From: the human T2T-CHM13v2.0 reference genome, Homo sapiens
DNA length: 64,000 nt
Assembly (NCBI RefSeq): GCF_009914755.1
Contig: NC_060934.1
Reading direction: 5' to 3' (one strand)
Below are positions 1 to 18,620 of the stretch, piece by piece. The translations under genes were made by a program, and so were the position numbers. Position 1 is the stretch's first letter; each line of letters begins with the position of its first letter. The notes beneath the pieces were generated by a model. It had not been told where the DNA came from and made no database searches. It was given only the letters and a program-made list of their open reading frames with translations.

Positions 1-29
1 GACTCCATTTTGGAAAAAAAAAAAAATTT

Positions 30-150
30 GATTTTGTAGAGATGGTGTCTCCTTATGTTGCTGCAGCTTGTCTCAAACTTCTGGGCTCAAGTGATTCTCC
101 TGTTTTGGCCCACCAAAGTGTTGGGATTACAGTCGTGAGCCACCGTGTCC
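30..150 (-). mobile_element. Alu left-arm fragment (AluJ/FLAM-like)
   Basis: gtagagatgg...caaagtgttgggattacagtcgtgagccaccgtg matches the antisense Alu left monomer. Confidence 0.8.
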
Positions 151-759
151 ATCCTGTTTCCTTTTAAATCTACAATCTGCATGTTTGATTTCTTTGTGAA
201 TGGTATAAAGTAGAAGTTAAGATCCAATAATTTTTCCAAATGTTTATCTAGTTGACCCAGCACCATGTTTATTAAAAGACCATCATATTCTCCTCCGATA
301 TGCAACATTACCTTTGTTATAAACCAAGTAGTTGTATTGTGTGGGTTTTATTTCTGGATTCCATTTTCCATTTCATTGACTTAATTACTGCTTTAATTAT
401 TTTGGCTTTTAAGTCTTGATATTGAGGAGCTCATATTAGCCACATAGTTTTTCTTTCTAAGATCTTCCTGGTTCTTCTTCCTAAGTCTTTCCAAGATTTT
501 TATAAAATCTTTAAGAGGGTTTTCACTTTTTTTGGCCTTTTGCATTTCCATATACATTTTAAAATCAGCTCATAAATTTCTAAGCCAAATTGGAAAACCC
601 TGCTGATATTCTGATAGGAATTGCATTGAACCTATAGATTAATTTGGGGAGAAATTAACATCTGTATAATATTCTCTTCCACTTCATGAATATGGTATAT
701 CTCTCCATTTATTTAGGTCATTTTCAATTTTTCAAAATGTTGTATAGTTTTCTGTGTAG

Positions 760-1382
<623 letters not shown>

Positions 1383-2620
1383 TAAATTAATAGATGAAGA
1401 AGGTCCCCTTCTAATTCTATTTTGCTAAAAGATTTTATTGTGAATACATATACAATTTATCAAATGATTTATCTTTGTTTATTAAAATGATCATGTGATT
1501 TTTCTCCCTTATTCTGTTTATGTGGTACATTAAATTAATTGAGTTTTAAATGTTAAGTTCCCTTTCTTGGAATATGCACATCTAGGGTTGTGATGTATTG
1601 TTATTTTTATAAATTGCTAGATTTGTAATGCTTTCAATTCTGTTTTAAGAGAGATTGGCTCGTGATTTTCTTTTCTTATAATAACCTTGTCAGAGTTTGG
1701 AATCTAAGGTTATACTTCTACATAGAACAAGTAGGGAAGTGTTTCCCAGTTGCTGTTCTCTGGAAAAGTTTGGGTGTGACTGGCATTATCTTTCTTTAAA
1801 TGTTTGGAAGAATTCACCAATGCAGTTATCTAAGCCTAAATCTTTTGATAAAAGGCTTTCAGATATGTGTTTAATTTCTTTAAAATGTATAGTACAATTC
1901 AAATTTCTATTTCTTTTTTTCTTATGAATTCATTCTTTCTATCTAAATATGTAAATCAGTAAATGTACTGACAACAGATTACACATTATTTTCACTTAAT
2001 TTTCTTTTTAATTCCCCTTTCCATTCCTGATAGTGGTTTCTTGTGCCTTCTTTTTTTTAATGATTAATTTTTTCCAGTGATTTATAAATTTACAAATCTC
2101 ATTCAAGTGTTCAAAGGGCAAGCCTTGATTTTGAACTCTGGCTTTCTTGATTTTTCTCTGTTCTGCATTTGTTTTCCACTTCATTAATTTCTGTTCTTAT
2201 CTTTATTATTTTCTTTCACTTTGAGTTTAATTTGCAGTTCTTTTTCTAACTTCTTGAGATGGATGTTTAGAGCCTTGACTTTTGGCATTTCATCTTTTCT
2301 CATATGTTCACTTAATGGTAAACAGTTTCTTCTATTCATAACTTTAACTGAATCCCATAAATTATGATATGTCATATTTTCATTGCCATTCAGTTCCAGA
2401 TGTTTTCTAATTTCCTTTGTAACTTTTTCTTTCACTTATGTACTATATAGAAGTATACTGCTTAACTTCTAAACATTTGGAAATTTTCTAGTTACCTTTT
2501 TTTAAGAAGTGATTTCTAGCTTATTTCCATTACAGTTAAGGAATATACTTTGGAAGATATTAATTTCTTAAAAATTGTTGGTGCTTGCTTTATGAGTTAG
2601 TATATGACTGATTTTGGTAA

Positions 2621-3869
<1,249 letters not shown>

Positions 3870-4176
3870 GAAAGTAATGGTATGTTTTGCAGTTTAGGTT
3901 ATTGTATTTTATATATGTCAGGCAATGTATACTAAACATGTTGTTTAAGTATTCTCATTTTTAAATTTTTGTTTATTTACTCTTTCAGTTATGGAGAGAA
4001 GTATATTAAAAATTTCACACTACAGTTATGGACTCTTTTTTTCTCTTAGGTTTGTTAATTACTAAATTATTTATTTTAATGCTATACCATTAGGCACATA
4101 CAAATTTATATTTTTTCAATTGTACTGATTGTTGACTTTTTGATAATTATGAAATACCCCACATTATCACTTATAG

Positions 4177-4475
<299 letters not shown>

Positions 4476-4495
4476 CTAAGGTTCATTTTGTCTGA

Positions 4496-4778
<283 letters not shown>

Positions 4779-5380
4779 ATTTTGTCTGATATTAATTACT
4801 ACAGTCATACCAGCTTTCTTTAAATCAGGGTTTGTATGGTACTTTTTTAAATTTTACTTTCATCTTTTTAATATCCATATATTTTGGGTGTATCTCTTGT
4901 AAAAAGTATATAATAGTTGAGTTCTAATCCAAATAATAACCTTTACCTCTTAATTGGAATATTTAATTTGTTTTAAATATAATTACTAATATATTTGAGT
5001 TTAAATCTATCATCTTACTTACTTTTTTTCTATTGGCCCCACCTGCTCTATATTTCTTTCTCTTTCCTTTCTTGCTTTCTTATAGATTCATCAAATAGTT
5101 TTTATTTATTCCATTCTTCTCTATTAGTTTGATAGGTTTATCTTTTTTTGCAGTTTTAAAAAAATGGTTACCTTAGATTCCAGTAGGCATTCTTGACTTA
5201 TTAAAGCCTAGCAAAAATGATCTTCCACACTCTGGTAATTCAAGGGCTTTCAAGTACTTCGTGTATCTCTTGCCTTTTGTACTATTTATTCTCATGTATC
5301 TTAAAAATTGCACGTCTGTTTTTAAACCCCGCATGACGTCATAATTATTGCTGTTTCATACAGTCAGTGTTCATTTAGAT

Positions 5381-5384
<4 letters not shown>

Positions 5385-5417
<33 letters not shown>

Positions 5418-5421
5418 TGTG
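5385..5421. repeat. (TG)n microsatellite with short CG interruption
   Basis: tgtgtg...gtgcgcgtgtg seen directly. Confidence 0.95.
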
Positions 5422-6601
5422 TATTTATAATATTCTTTCTAATGCTTTTACTTTCTTTCTGGAAATCTATGATTCCATCTAGAATTGTTTTTCTTCTGCC
5501 TGAAAATTTTCCTTTAGTGTTTAGTGTTTCAACATGGGTCTGTTAGGTTTTGATTATCTGAAAAAAGTATCTAGTTTGTCTTTATTTTGAAGGACATAAA
5601 AGACTTTTATGATGGCTACAAAATTTTTAGTTGGCAATTATTTTATTTATATGTGTGTATATATAAATAGTATATTATATATAAAAATATATAAATAAAT
5701 ATATATTCCATTGTTTCAGACATTCTCCCCCTTGTCCCTATTGGGTATCAGCAGCCCCATTTCTCTTTGATAATTAGGAGCAGGGAACCCAGCCTGTATA
5801 GTCTCCTTTGTTACTTGCTAATTCAGTGGCATGTGGAGCTCAAAATTGCCAAGTGGAAGATTCAACTTCCAGTGTCCTCTGGTAGAAACATTTCTTCCTT
5901 AGTAATTATGGGCTTTAAACCAGCAGAGCTCCCCATGGTGAGAACTGAGAGCATATATTTTGTATTCAGTAACTGGGTAAATATCTACAGAGTGGGTTTA
6001 TGGACACTGGCTAACTGTGAAAATGGACTAAGGCAGAAGCTCTCTGTATCACCTGTCTTCCAAAACCCCCAGTTCGACAGTTGAACTGCAGTGGTGTTTT
6101 GAGTCCTTGGGGATTACTGTCAATTTAGAGTCAATGTCCGGTAATCTCTGACAAGCCCGGGCAGTCCCTTCTCCATGCACCATCAGCCCTGTGCCTGAAG
6201 GTCCCATGGTGGGTATGAAGGAAGAATTACTGTGCACACTTGTGGCAGTGTCCTAGGACTCTTCCACACGGGAGCTGGATTCCCTTTCAGTCAAGCAGCT
6301 CCACGTTGGTGAAGTAGCAAAACACTGAGAATTGGATGAGAGGCCAGGAATCTTTGTGCTGTCACCAGACCTAATCTTTGTTTTTTTGTTTATTGATTAA
6401 CTGAACAGAAAAAAATTAGGACTTTGGTAGTCCCCAGTCTATTCCAGTCACAGGAACAGTAAGATGATTTGACCACTGACAGATATCTCCATGAGTTAAA
6501 ACATTTTGAAATCATTTAAATCTGCTGCCAGTTATTGTACCCGCACCTCCCTTATCTCTGTGGTTGAGTGCCTCTACTTCCTCTATTCCTTTCAAGTATG
6601 C

Positions 6602-6788
6602 TCTCTGGTTCCCAAGTTGTGGGCTCTAAGCCAACAATATCAGCATCAGCTGGTAATTTGTTAGAAGTGCAAATTCTCCGACCCCACCCAGACCTACTGA
6701 ATCAGAAACTTCGCAAGTGGGGCCCATCAATCTGTTTTTTACAAGCCTCCAGGTGATTCTGATGCATGCTAATGTCTCAGGAACACTG
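6602..6788 (+). mobile_element. MER5A (hAT-Charlie MITE)
   Basis: cagcatcagctggtaatttgttagaagtgcaaattctc...cccagacctactgaatcagaaact...ccaggtgattctgatgca. Confidence 0.88.
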
Positions 6789-6911
6789 CAATATACCACC
6801 ACCTCTACTGAAAGAAAGGATCCCATTTCTGTGGCAGTATCAACTAATGTCACCCCTGGCCAGTGGAGGACAGCCACTGCTGAGCTTTGATAATGATGCT
6901 GGTGTTCCTAA

Positions 6912-7319
<408 letters not shown>

Positions 7320-7763
7320 TAAATCCACTGCAACATTGCTATGTTTCTAATCTTTGAGTTATTTTCTCCAAGAAAATTATGCCAAAATATCTTAGCACTT
7401 CCACTTGATTTAATACAGGTCATCACTGAATCCACAGTTTAGGTTACCATTCTTGAAGTCTAACAGAGCCACTGCTTTATCTAATATTGCATCGGAATGT
7501 CTAGTTAGAGTATCCATATGGATATATTAATTTGGGATCACAATTATGTCCTTTCCTCCCTGGTCTAGTTCCCTTAGTATCCCTTCCATAAATAATCCCT
7601 AAGTATTTGCTGTTATAAATTAGCAGAAGATTGGAATTCAGGGTGTTAGCTCCTTTTTAATGTCATATTTATATCCATACCCCTAGGTTAGGCTGGGATC
7701 TGATCCTAATTATGGGTTTTCTAGCAAGAAGGAGTGGTGGGGGCTGGAGAATGAGACTCCTTT

Positions 7764-8517
<754 letters not shown>

Positions 8518-8557
8518 CTTTCACAATTACAATCCTATTGATTACAGGTAAGATAAT

Positions 8558-9228
8558 TGTCAGAGGCAATCAAATCAGAGCGACTCCATCTTGAAGAAGG
8601 GCTGGTCAAAATGAGGATGAGGTCTTCTGGGCTGCATTCCCAGGAAGTTAAGCATGATAAACTCCTGAATTAGGTTAGGATGAGATAAGAGGTCGGCACA
8701 AGATACAGGTCAAAAAGACCCCTGCTGATAAAACAGGATGCAGTAAAGAAGCCAACCAAAACCCACCAAAACCAAGGTGGTGATGAAATTGACCTCTGAT
8801 CGTCCTCACTGCTTATTATATGCTAATTATAATGCTGATAGCATTATAATTTAGCGTGTCTTTAGCACACTAAAAGACACTCCCACCAGCACCATGACAG
8901 TTCACAAATGCCATGGCAATGTCTGGGAGTTACCTTGTATGATCTGACAAGGGGAGGACCTCTTAGTCCCAGGAATTGCCTGCCCCTTTCCTGGAAAACT
9001 CGTGAATAATCTGTCCCTTGTTTAGCATGTAATCAAGAAGTAACTATAAAAATAGCTAACCAGCAGCCCTCCATGCTGCTCTGCCTATGAAGTAGTCACC
9101 CATTTATTCCTTTACTTTCTCAATAAACTTGCTTTCACTTCACTGTATGGACTTGCCCTGAATTTTTTCTTGTGTGAGATCCAAGAACCCTCTTTTGGGG
9201 TCTGGATTAAGACCCCTTTCTGGTAACA
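8558..9228 (+). mobile_element. Solo MER41B LTR (ERV1)
   Basis: tgtcagaggc...gactccatcttgaa start and gacccctttctggtaaca end; carries the MER41B segment with tandem GAS-like sites. Confidence 0.9.
8988..8996. promoter_or_regulatory. GAS (STAT1) motif TTCCTGGAA within MER41B
   Basis: Exact TTCN3GAA. The companion site 8967-8975 (tcccaggaa) has one mismatch. Function not shown. Confidence 0.55.
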
Positions 9229-9712
9229 CAGAAAGACCCTGCTTTGCTTAGGGTCTTGAAGCAAGGCAGAGCTATGCAGGTCAAAACTGAGGGGACATGG
9301 GACACTTCTATTGGTAAAGGATGACTCAAAAGAATTTGAGAGTCCAAGGTATTCAAATTAATCCAAGTCTACCCAAATGACCCCATTGTCAGGATTAATT
9401 CCAACTGTTACCCTAAATTTTCTATCAGACACCTGGTGAGGGTGTGAATATCACTGACATCGTGATTCTGGCTCTTCACGCTACTTATGCTTTAAATTAG
9501 GAAATTCAGGAAACTATTATTTATCTCAGAAGTACTCAGCCACAAGAAAGGTAAAAAGTAAAGTTATTTGCAAGTCTGAAGAGAGCAGACATTCTAAAAA
9601 GGGTAGAGTCATAAACAATATGAAAGATCCAATAATAGGTTAAAGAATGTGTGCAACATTTATGCCAATGAGATTATATTCTTTTAAAAAAGTGCTTCCA
9701 TACATTGATCAG

Positions 9713-10170
9713 TGTATTAGACAGAGTCACAGCCCCCAAGATGTCCATGCCCTAATCCCCTGGACCTATGAATAAGGCTTTGCAGATGTGATTAATGGGC
9801 TCTGAGATGCAGGGTTTATCCTGGATTATCCTGGTGGGCTCAATCTAATGTGACCTTACATGCAAAAGCCTTTTCTGGCTGCAGAGAACAAAAGAGACAG
9901 TAGTTTGAGAAGGACTTGCCTTGTCATTGCTGACTTTGAAGATGATGAGAGGGTCCAAGTCAAAGGATGTGGGTAGCTTTGAAAAGCTGGGCAAAGCAAG
10001 GAAACAGATCTCCCCTAGAATGTTCAGAAAGAAACACGATCTGGCTGCCACCTTGATTTTAGTCCAATTGAGACCGATTTTAGACTTCTGACCTCTAGAA
10101 CATAAGTTTGTGTTGTTTAAGCTGCTGAGTTTATGGTAATGTATTATGGTAGCAATAGAAAACTAATACA
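9713..10170 (+). mobile_element. MLT1D-like MaLR solo LTR
   Basis: cccaagatgtccatgccctaatccc...ctttgcagatgtgattaa...gcaatagaaaactaataca. Confidence 0.82.
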
Positions 10171-10357
10171 GGAAGAAAAAGACAACTTAACAGGAGAAAA
10201 AAATCCCAGCAAAGATTAGGAGAGACAATTCACAGTGTTAGCTAATTAACATTTGAAGAGATGCTTAATCTCACTAATGAAGCAGGTAAATGCAAACGAA
10301 AAGAATGAGATTTCATTGTTCACTCATTAAATTGGCAAATGTTAAAACAATTGATAA

Positions 10358-11410
<1,053 letters not shown>

Positions 11411-11414
11411 GTAA

Positions 11415-12050
11415 CAACACCCCATGGTAGTGAGAAATAAGCACTTTGAAACATTGCTGGTGGAAGTGTGAATTTCTATAACCTTTGGGAAACTAATGTG
11501 TGATGTCTAGTGATATAAATAGCACACAAATCCTTTGATTTAGTAAAATCAGTTTGGGCCATCATTCTGACAGAAATAATAGGTCATTATTTTTTCTGTA
11601 AATATATGAGGCAATTTATAGTGGTGTCAAAAAACTAGAACTAATCTGAAGGTTCATCTTGAGGAATGGATAAATAAATTATATGCATCCATAATGTGAA
11701 ATATTGTGCATAAGGTAAAATTAATTAGATTTCTATACAGAGGTCTAAAAGTCTGTCCATTATATGCCATTGGCTAAAAAAGCAAGATAATGTTCATAGT
11801 ATGAATCCATTGAGATTAAAAATAACACAACAAAGCACAAAATGTTTGTGTACATATATTTACATACATTTATGTTTGTATAGAGAAAAGTGTGGAAAGA
11901 AACACACCAAGCAACAAACATTGGTTATCTCCATGTATGGCATTGGGTATGGAGGGGCATGGGAGAGGGCTGGAGAATTAACTTGTTCTTCACACAACTC
12001 TGTTTAGCTTTTTACAATGAGTGCATAAAACTTTTATGAAATTAAGCTTA
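11415..12050 (+). mobile_element. L1ME-like 3' fragment (continues 10175-10355)
   Basis: acattgctggtggaagtgtgaatt...gaatggataaataaattat resembles L1 3' region. Confidence 0.6.
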
Positions 12051-13577
12051 TCTAATACAGTACATAAGATGGGGAAGAAACCATGCATTATCGAATGTAC
12101 ACATCTGCTTATCAACTGATGAATGACCCTTTCAACAGGTGTTTCTGGCACTACTCACTGGCCAACAGTCCAGTTTTGGCCACAGCATACCTTATTTGTC
12201 CAGGGCACCTTTATGCAGTTGCTTAAACATTTGGTGGCATTTTGTCCCTGTTTCATAAAAATGAAGGAAAGATGGAAAAAAATGAAAGTGCAGATATGTA
12301 GTGTAAGTTTTGTAAATTTAAAGCAATAAAGATGGAAATTGTTAGGCGTACTGAAATTAATAAATCTTGTTCCAGAATCAGACAATCACTGGGCTTGAAC
12401 CAGTTGACTGTCTGGTTGTGAAGGAGAAGAAAAAAGTTAAGGAATAGAGGCAAAGATACTGTATCTTTTGAGAGAAGTAACTGGGGATTACAAAATATAT
12501 TTATTTTTTCTTTCCGAGATGGAACCACCTATAAACACACTTAAAACATGTAGGTCTGTTGCAGGTTTTCCTCACATTAAACACGTTTTCAGGCACACGT
12601 TTGACATGTCCAATTCAAAATATTGGTCTTAATGCATCCCCTCCCCAGTTCCTCATGCATGTCAATCATTTCTACTTGTAGTCAATCAAGACGTTCACAC
12701 AATCTTCAGGCTAAGTAAGATAAGTAGGAAGGAAAATGACAAGAAATAGTCAGATTTCAGTTATTTGATTCCTCAAACAGGCTTTTAAGATTCAAAAGGG
12801 CAGACCTGAGTAAGGCAAGATACAGAATTTATATCACATTAAGACCGGAAAGAAAATAGAGGAAGTAGGAGGCCATGCCTCCCGTGCCACTTGGAAGCAG
12901 AGGGAAAGGGTCCCTGAGACTAGAGAGGAGGGGGCTAGTAGGGGGTCTTGCATGGGAGTCTGCATGTGACTCAGGCAGGGAATGGCAGCTGTTGGTCTTT
13001 GACTTGACCATTAATGGGTATGTACCTTACATTTCCTTTTGTTTACAAAATGGCTTTGCTTACTTGAGGCAACACTAAGATGCTCAATACAAACATCATT
13101 TGTCCTTTAACATTATTTGTATTTTTTTCCCACATCTTACCACTATGAACATTACTGTTCTGATGACCCATTTGCCTGCCCTATTACCCACCTCCTTAGA
13201 CTCTGAAGATGGAAAGGTACAGACTGTGTCACCCACACTCTGGCTATCAGTGATTGAGGTCAGAGCTGGGCACAAGACCCAGCTTTGCTCAACTTGGAAT
13301 TTACAGTGGGACTTGGAGACTCTACTTGCTGACTGCCGAGGCTGGGAGCAGATGTCATGTAGAGCTGGACAGCTATGTGCGTGGAGAAAGAGAAAGCTGT
13401 GTGGCCAGAAGACTGAAGCAGGGCTGCTGGGAGACAATGGGCTGGGAGAGAAGCGGGATCTGCTCCTGCAGCCTAGAGAGACACAGAGGGGAGTCTAGTT
13501 CCAGACTTTTCCATCTCTGGTCCCTTCTTGAGGCTAGCCTCCATCTGACAACTCTTTGCCATGAAAAGTGAAGATAC

Positions 13578-15147
13578 TGAGAGGTGACAGCATGCTGGCA
13601 GCCCTCGCAGCCCTTGCTCGCTCTTGGTGCCTCCTCAGCCTCGGCGCCCACTCTGGCCGTGCTTGAGGAGCCCTTCAGCCCGCCGCTGCACTGTGGGAGC
13701 CCCTTTCTGGGCTGGCCGAGGCCGGAGCCAGCTCCCTCAGCTTGTGGGGAGGTGTGGAGGGAGAGGTGCGGGCAGGAACCAGGACTGTGCCTGATGCTTG
13801 TGGGCCAGCGCAAGTTCCAGGTGGATGTGGGCTTGGCGGACCGCACTCCAAGCGGCTGGCTGGCGCTACCGGCCGGGCAGTGAGGGGCTTAGCACCCAGG
13901 CCGCAGCTGCCGGAGGGTGCGCGGGGTCCCCCAGCAGTGCTGGCCAACAGGGGCTGCACTGGATTTCTAGCCGGGCCTTAGCTGCCTCCCCGTGGGGCAG
14001 GGCTAGGGACCTGCAGCCTGCCATGCCTGAGTCTCCCCCACTGCCTTGCGCTCCTGCACGGCCTGAGCCTCCCTGACGAGCGCCGCCCCCTCCTCCAGGG
14101 CGCCCGGTCCCATCAACCGCCCAAGGGCTGAGGAGTGCAGGCGCATGGGGTGGGACTGGCAGGCAGCTCCACCTGCTGCCTGGCGCGAGATCCACTGGGT
14201 GAAGCCAGCTGGGCTCCTGAGTCTAGTGGGGACTTGGAGAACCTTTATGTCTAGCTAAGGGATTGTAAATACACCAATCAGCACTCTGTGTCTAGCTCAA
14301 GGTTTGTAAATGCACCAATCAGCACTCTGTGTGTAGCTCAGAGTTTGTGAATGCACCAATTGGCACTCTGTATCTAGCTAATCTGGTGGGGACTTGGAGA
14401 ATCTTTATGTCTAGCTAAGAGATTGTGAATACAGCAATCAGCACTCTGTTTCTAGCTCAAGGTTTGTAAATGCACCAATCAGCACTCTGTGTCTAGCTCA
14501 GGATTTGTAAATACACCAATCAGCACTCTGTATCTAGCTAATCTAGTGGGGAGGTGGAGAACTTTTGTGTCTAGCTCAGGGATTGTAAATGCACCAATCA
14601 GCACCCTGTCAAAATGGACCAATCAGCTCTGTGTAAAACAGACCAATCGGCTCTCTGTAAAATGGACCAATCAGCAGGATGTGGGTGGGGCCAGATAAGA
14701 GAATAAAAGCAGGCTGCCGGAGTCAGCAGTGGCAAGCCGCTGGGGTCCTTTTCCACACTGGGAAAAGTTTGTTCTTTTGCTCTTGGCAACAAATTTTGCT
14801 GCTGTACAATTTTTGGGTCCACATTGCCTTTATGAGCTGTAACACTTGCCGCAAAGGTCTGCAGTTTCACTCCTGAAGCCAGCGAGACAACAAACCCACC
14901 AGGAGGAACAAACAACTCCAGATGCACTGCGTTAAGAGCTGTAACACTCAATGTGAAGGTCGGCAGCTTCACTTCTGAGCCAGCGAGACCGTGATCCTAC
15001 CAGAAGGAAGAAACTCCGAACGCATCTGAACATCAGAAGGAACAAACTCTGGACACGCTGCCTTAAAGAACTGTAACACTCACCGCGAGGGTCTGCGGCT
15101 TGATTCTTGAAGTCAGTGAGACCAAGAACCCACCAATTCCTGACACA
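13578..15147 (+). mobile_element. Solo LTR12C (ERV9/HERV9 LTR)
   Basis: tgagaggtgacagcatgctggcagccctc start, ccaccaattcctgacaca end; 1570 bp; TSD atac at 13574-13577 and 15148-15151; GC-rich U3 and tandem enhancer repeats. Confidence 0.95.
14230..14710 (+). promoter_or_regulatory. LTR12C enhancer/promoter: tandem CCAAT (NF-Y) repeats, GATA and AATAAAA box
   Basis: Nine intact CCAAT boxes in caccaat/gaccaat units, then gtgggtggggccagataagagaataaaag. Confidence 0.7.
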
Positions 15148-15375
15148 ATACTAGGATACTTATATTTATTCTCACACCAGCTCCACTTTATAAAATTAGT
15201 TCAATTGTTTTGTTTCATTTTGAACTCATTTTAGATTTACTGAAGAGTTAGAAGGATAACAGTGTTCTTGTAAACATTCATCTGGCTTCCCCAAATGTTG
15301 ACGTCTTACACAACCATGGTATGTTAGTCAAAGTTAAGAAACGAACCTTGGTGCAATTGTAATACTGTTATTACT

Positions 15376-15731
15376 AGGGTAACCAACTCATGCAGGTTTT
15401 CTTGGGCCTTCGTTATTTTTAGCACTGAAAACTTCGCATCCTAGGAAAGCCTTCAGTTCCAGACAAACTGGGCTGTTTTGATTTTAAAACTGAGGGCAGG
15501 TGTGGTGGTGCACACCTGTGGTCCCAACTACTCAGGAGGCTGAGGCATGAGAGTTGTTTGAACCGGGGAGGTGGGGGTTGCAGTGAGCTGAGATCGTGCT
15601 GCTGCAATTCAGCCCAGGTGACAGAGCGAGATTCTGTTTCAAGAAAAAAGAAAAAACAAAGGCCCCCAAACTGAAAGTTCCATGCCCCAGGATCCCCTCA
15701 GTCCCAGCAAACCAGGACAGTTAGTCACCCA
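15376..15731. mobile_element. MER81-like hAT-Blackjack MITE with internal duplication and nested Alu monomer
   Basis: TIRs tagggtaaccaac ... gttagtcaccc; internal ctgaaa...cagt(t/c)cca..caaac unit twice. Confidence 0.6.
15494..15660 (+). mobile_element. Alu right-arm monomer
   Basis: gggcaggtgtggtggtgcacacctgtggtcccaactactcaggaggctgagg...A-rich tail. Confidence 0.85.
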
Positions 15732-15925
15732 TTACAGACTTTATTTGGATTTCTGCAGTTTATCCACTAGTGTTTTTTGTATTTTGTTTTTTTCTTGTTT
15801 GGTTTTCTGTTTCAGGATCCAGTCAAAGATACTGCTTTGCCTTCAGTTGTCAAGTCTCCTTAGTCTCCTCCAACCTATGACTATTTTCAGACTTTCCTTG
15901 AGTTGCATGATCTTGGCACTTTTAA

Positions 15926-16300
<375 letters not shown>

Positions 16301-17189
16301 TGACTGTTTTCAGACTTTCCTTGACTTGCATGATCTTGACACTTTTTAGAGTGTACTGGTCAATTAGTTTGTAGAATGGCCTTGAATTTGAATTCATCTG
16401 ATCTTCTCTCGTGATGAAGCTGCAGTTATGAGTACATAAGAGGTGAAGTGTCCTTCCCATCTTATCATATCACAGGGTATATGATATCAACATGACTTAT
16501 TATGTGTGATGTTAACCTAGATCATTTGATTAAGGGGATGTCTCCCAGTTTCCTCTATTTTTCCTTTTCCATATTCTAGCCTTTAGAAGTAAGTCACTAA
16601 GTCCAGCCCACACTCAAAAGAAAGAGAATTAAGTTCCAAAGTCCTGAGGAGAAGAGTACCGAATAATTTCTGGACATATATTAAAACCATCAGGGTAACT
16701 AACAAATATCTTGGTGGAGATACTTTGAGGCTATTCAAATCTTATTTCTTCCGAAAGTTTTTCTTACTAATTTTTAGCATTCATCAATGATCCTGCCTGT
16801 AGCTATTGTTACTGTGGTGTGTAGCTATTGTTACTGTGGTGTGTCCTGGTAGTGAATTTCTATGCTTAGCCAGCAGATGGTGCCTCTGTGAGTGAGTGCC
16901 TGGAATATAGATGGTGCTCAAACAATGACTATTTCCTATTGCCTTTCTCCCCAGGACTGCCATGTAGAACAGAAGCATCCCATTTGGAGCACTGGTGACT
17001 GAGGATTCTGGAAGAAGGAGGCCTGGGACCTTTAATGCTATTACCCACAATTTCTCCACTGCCATGGCAGAGAACCCACCCTCATATGGAAGCACTTCCC
17101 TTCTGTTCTTTTCATTCCTTCTATTAACCTTCTCCCCATAGACCACCCACAGGCTGCCAGAGTTCCAAACTATCTTCCCCAAACACAAC

Positions 17190-18175
17190 ACTCACCATGG
17201 CCCTCCTCTGTGGGCTGTTCATTGCAAACAGAATTAAATTCTACCTTTTAATGAGGCTCATTAAATTCTACCTTTTATTGGCTCATACTGCTCCCTCCAT
17301 TTTCATTTCTCACTATCTTTCTCTTCATATCTAAAACTGGAGCCACACTGCATTGTTTCTTCTTTAAAACACTCCTGCTACCCCAGGCCTCTGTGACTGT
17401 GCATAGGATGCCCTCTCCAGCTAGAATGTCTTTCCACTTCTTTCTTCCCATGGGCTTTTTCCTATTTATCCATAGCACACCTGGGATGTTATCGTCTCTG
17501 TGAAATCTTCCCTCCCTCCCTCAAACTCTAACCTCTGTGTTCCCACAGCATCTTTCACCTATTACACAAACCTCTGTTGTGGAACACATTATGTTGTTTC
17601 GAAACTTTTCTGTGTCGATTTCTGCCTTTTTTGTTGGAGTGGGAGCTCTTCAAAAGCAGGCCCTGTCTTGTTTATTTATGTAGCTTCAGCAAAGGGCCTA
17701 GCACCTAACAATGTTGCCAACATTTTTCGAGTGCCTACTTTTTACTAGCACAACAAATTACCTCACTAAATCTATAAAAGAACCCTATAAAGGAGGTATT
17801 TTTAAATGCTCCCTATTTTACATATGAGAAAACTGAAGCTCATAGAGCATAATAGACTTTCCAAGGTGACACAGCCAATAAAATGTGGAGCCAGAATTGG
17901 AATTCAGGTGTCTTTGACTCCAAGGGCCCTTCTTATAACCATGGAACAAATTGCCTCTGAGGACTATTTCTGCAGTGACACAGAGGAACTGTCCCCAACT
18001 GTAGCATCATGAAAGTCACTTTAGAGCCAGTCTGGCTGAACCTCTCATGTTAATGATGAGAAAACTGAGACCCGGAAAGGAAAGGTGGTATGCAATGGTT
18101 TCCTAACTTTGGAGCAAGAATCTTGTTCAGCGCTTAGATCTTCTGACCCCAAGGCTCTTTTCACTTTATCACACT
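17190..18175. mobile_element. L2 and MIR fragments
   Basis: L2-like gccctctccagctagaatgtc/gggcctagcac; MIR-like cctattttacatatgagaaaactgaagctc...ccaaggtgacacagc and gatgagaaaactgagaccc. Confidence 0.55.
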
Positions 18176-18268
18176 GATAATTTGGTGAGAGGCCAGCCAC
18201 ACCATTTGTTTGACGAAAAAGGCAGCATCACATATAAGATCTTCTTATAGAAAATGGGCTTTATTCTT

Positions 18269-18620
<352 letters not shown>

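Noticed and set aside
13373-14195. Cluster of GC-rich ORFs and CpG-island-like composition
   Set aside because: Explained by LTR12C U3; no host gene evident.
14230-14680. Regularly spaced repeats resembling a CRISPR array
   Set aside because: Normal LTR12 enhancer repeats; no unique spacers or cas genes; primate DNA.
17233-17278. 17-bp direct repeat attaaattctacctttt with 10-bp spacer
   Set aside because: Ordinary small slippage duplication.
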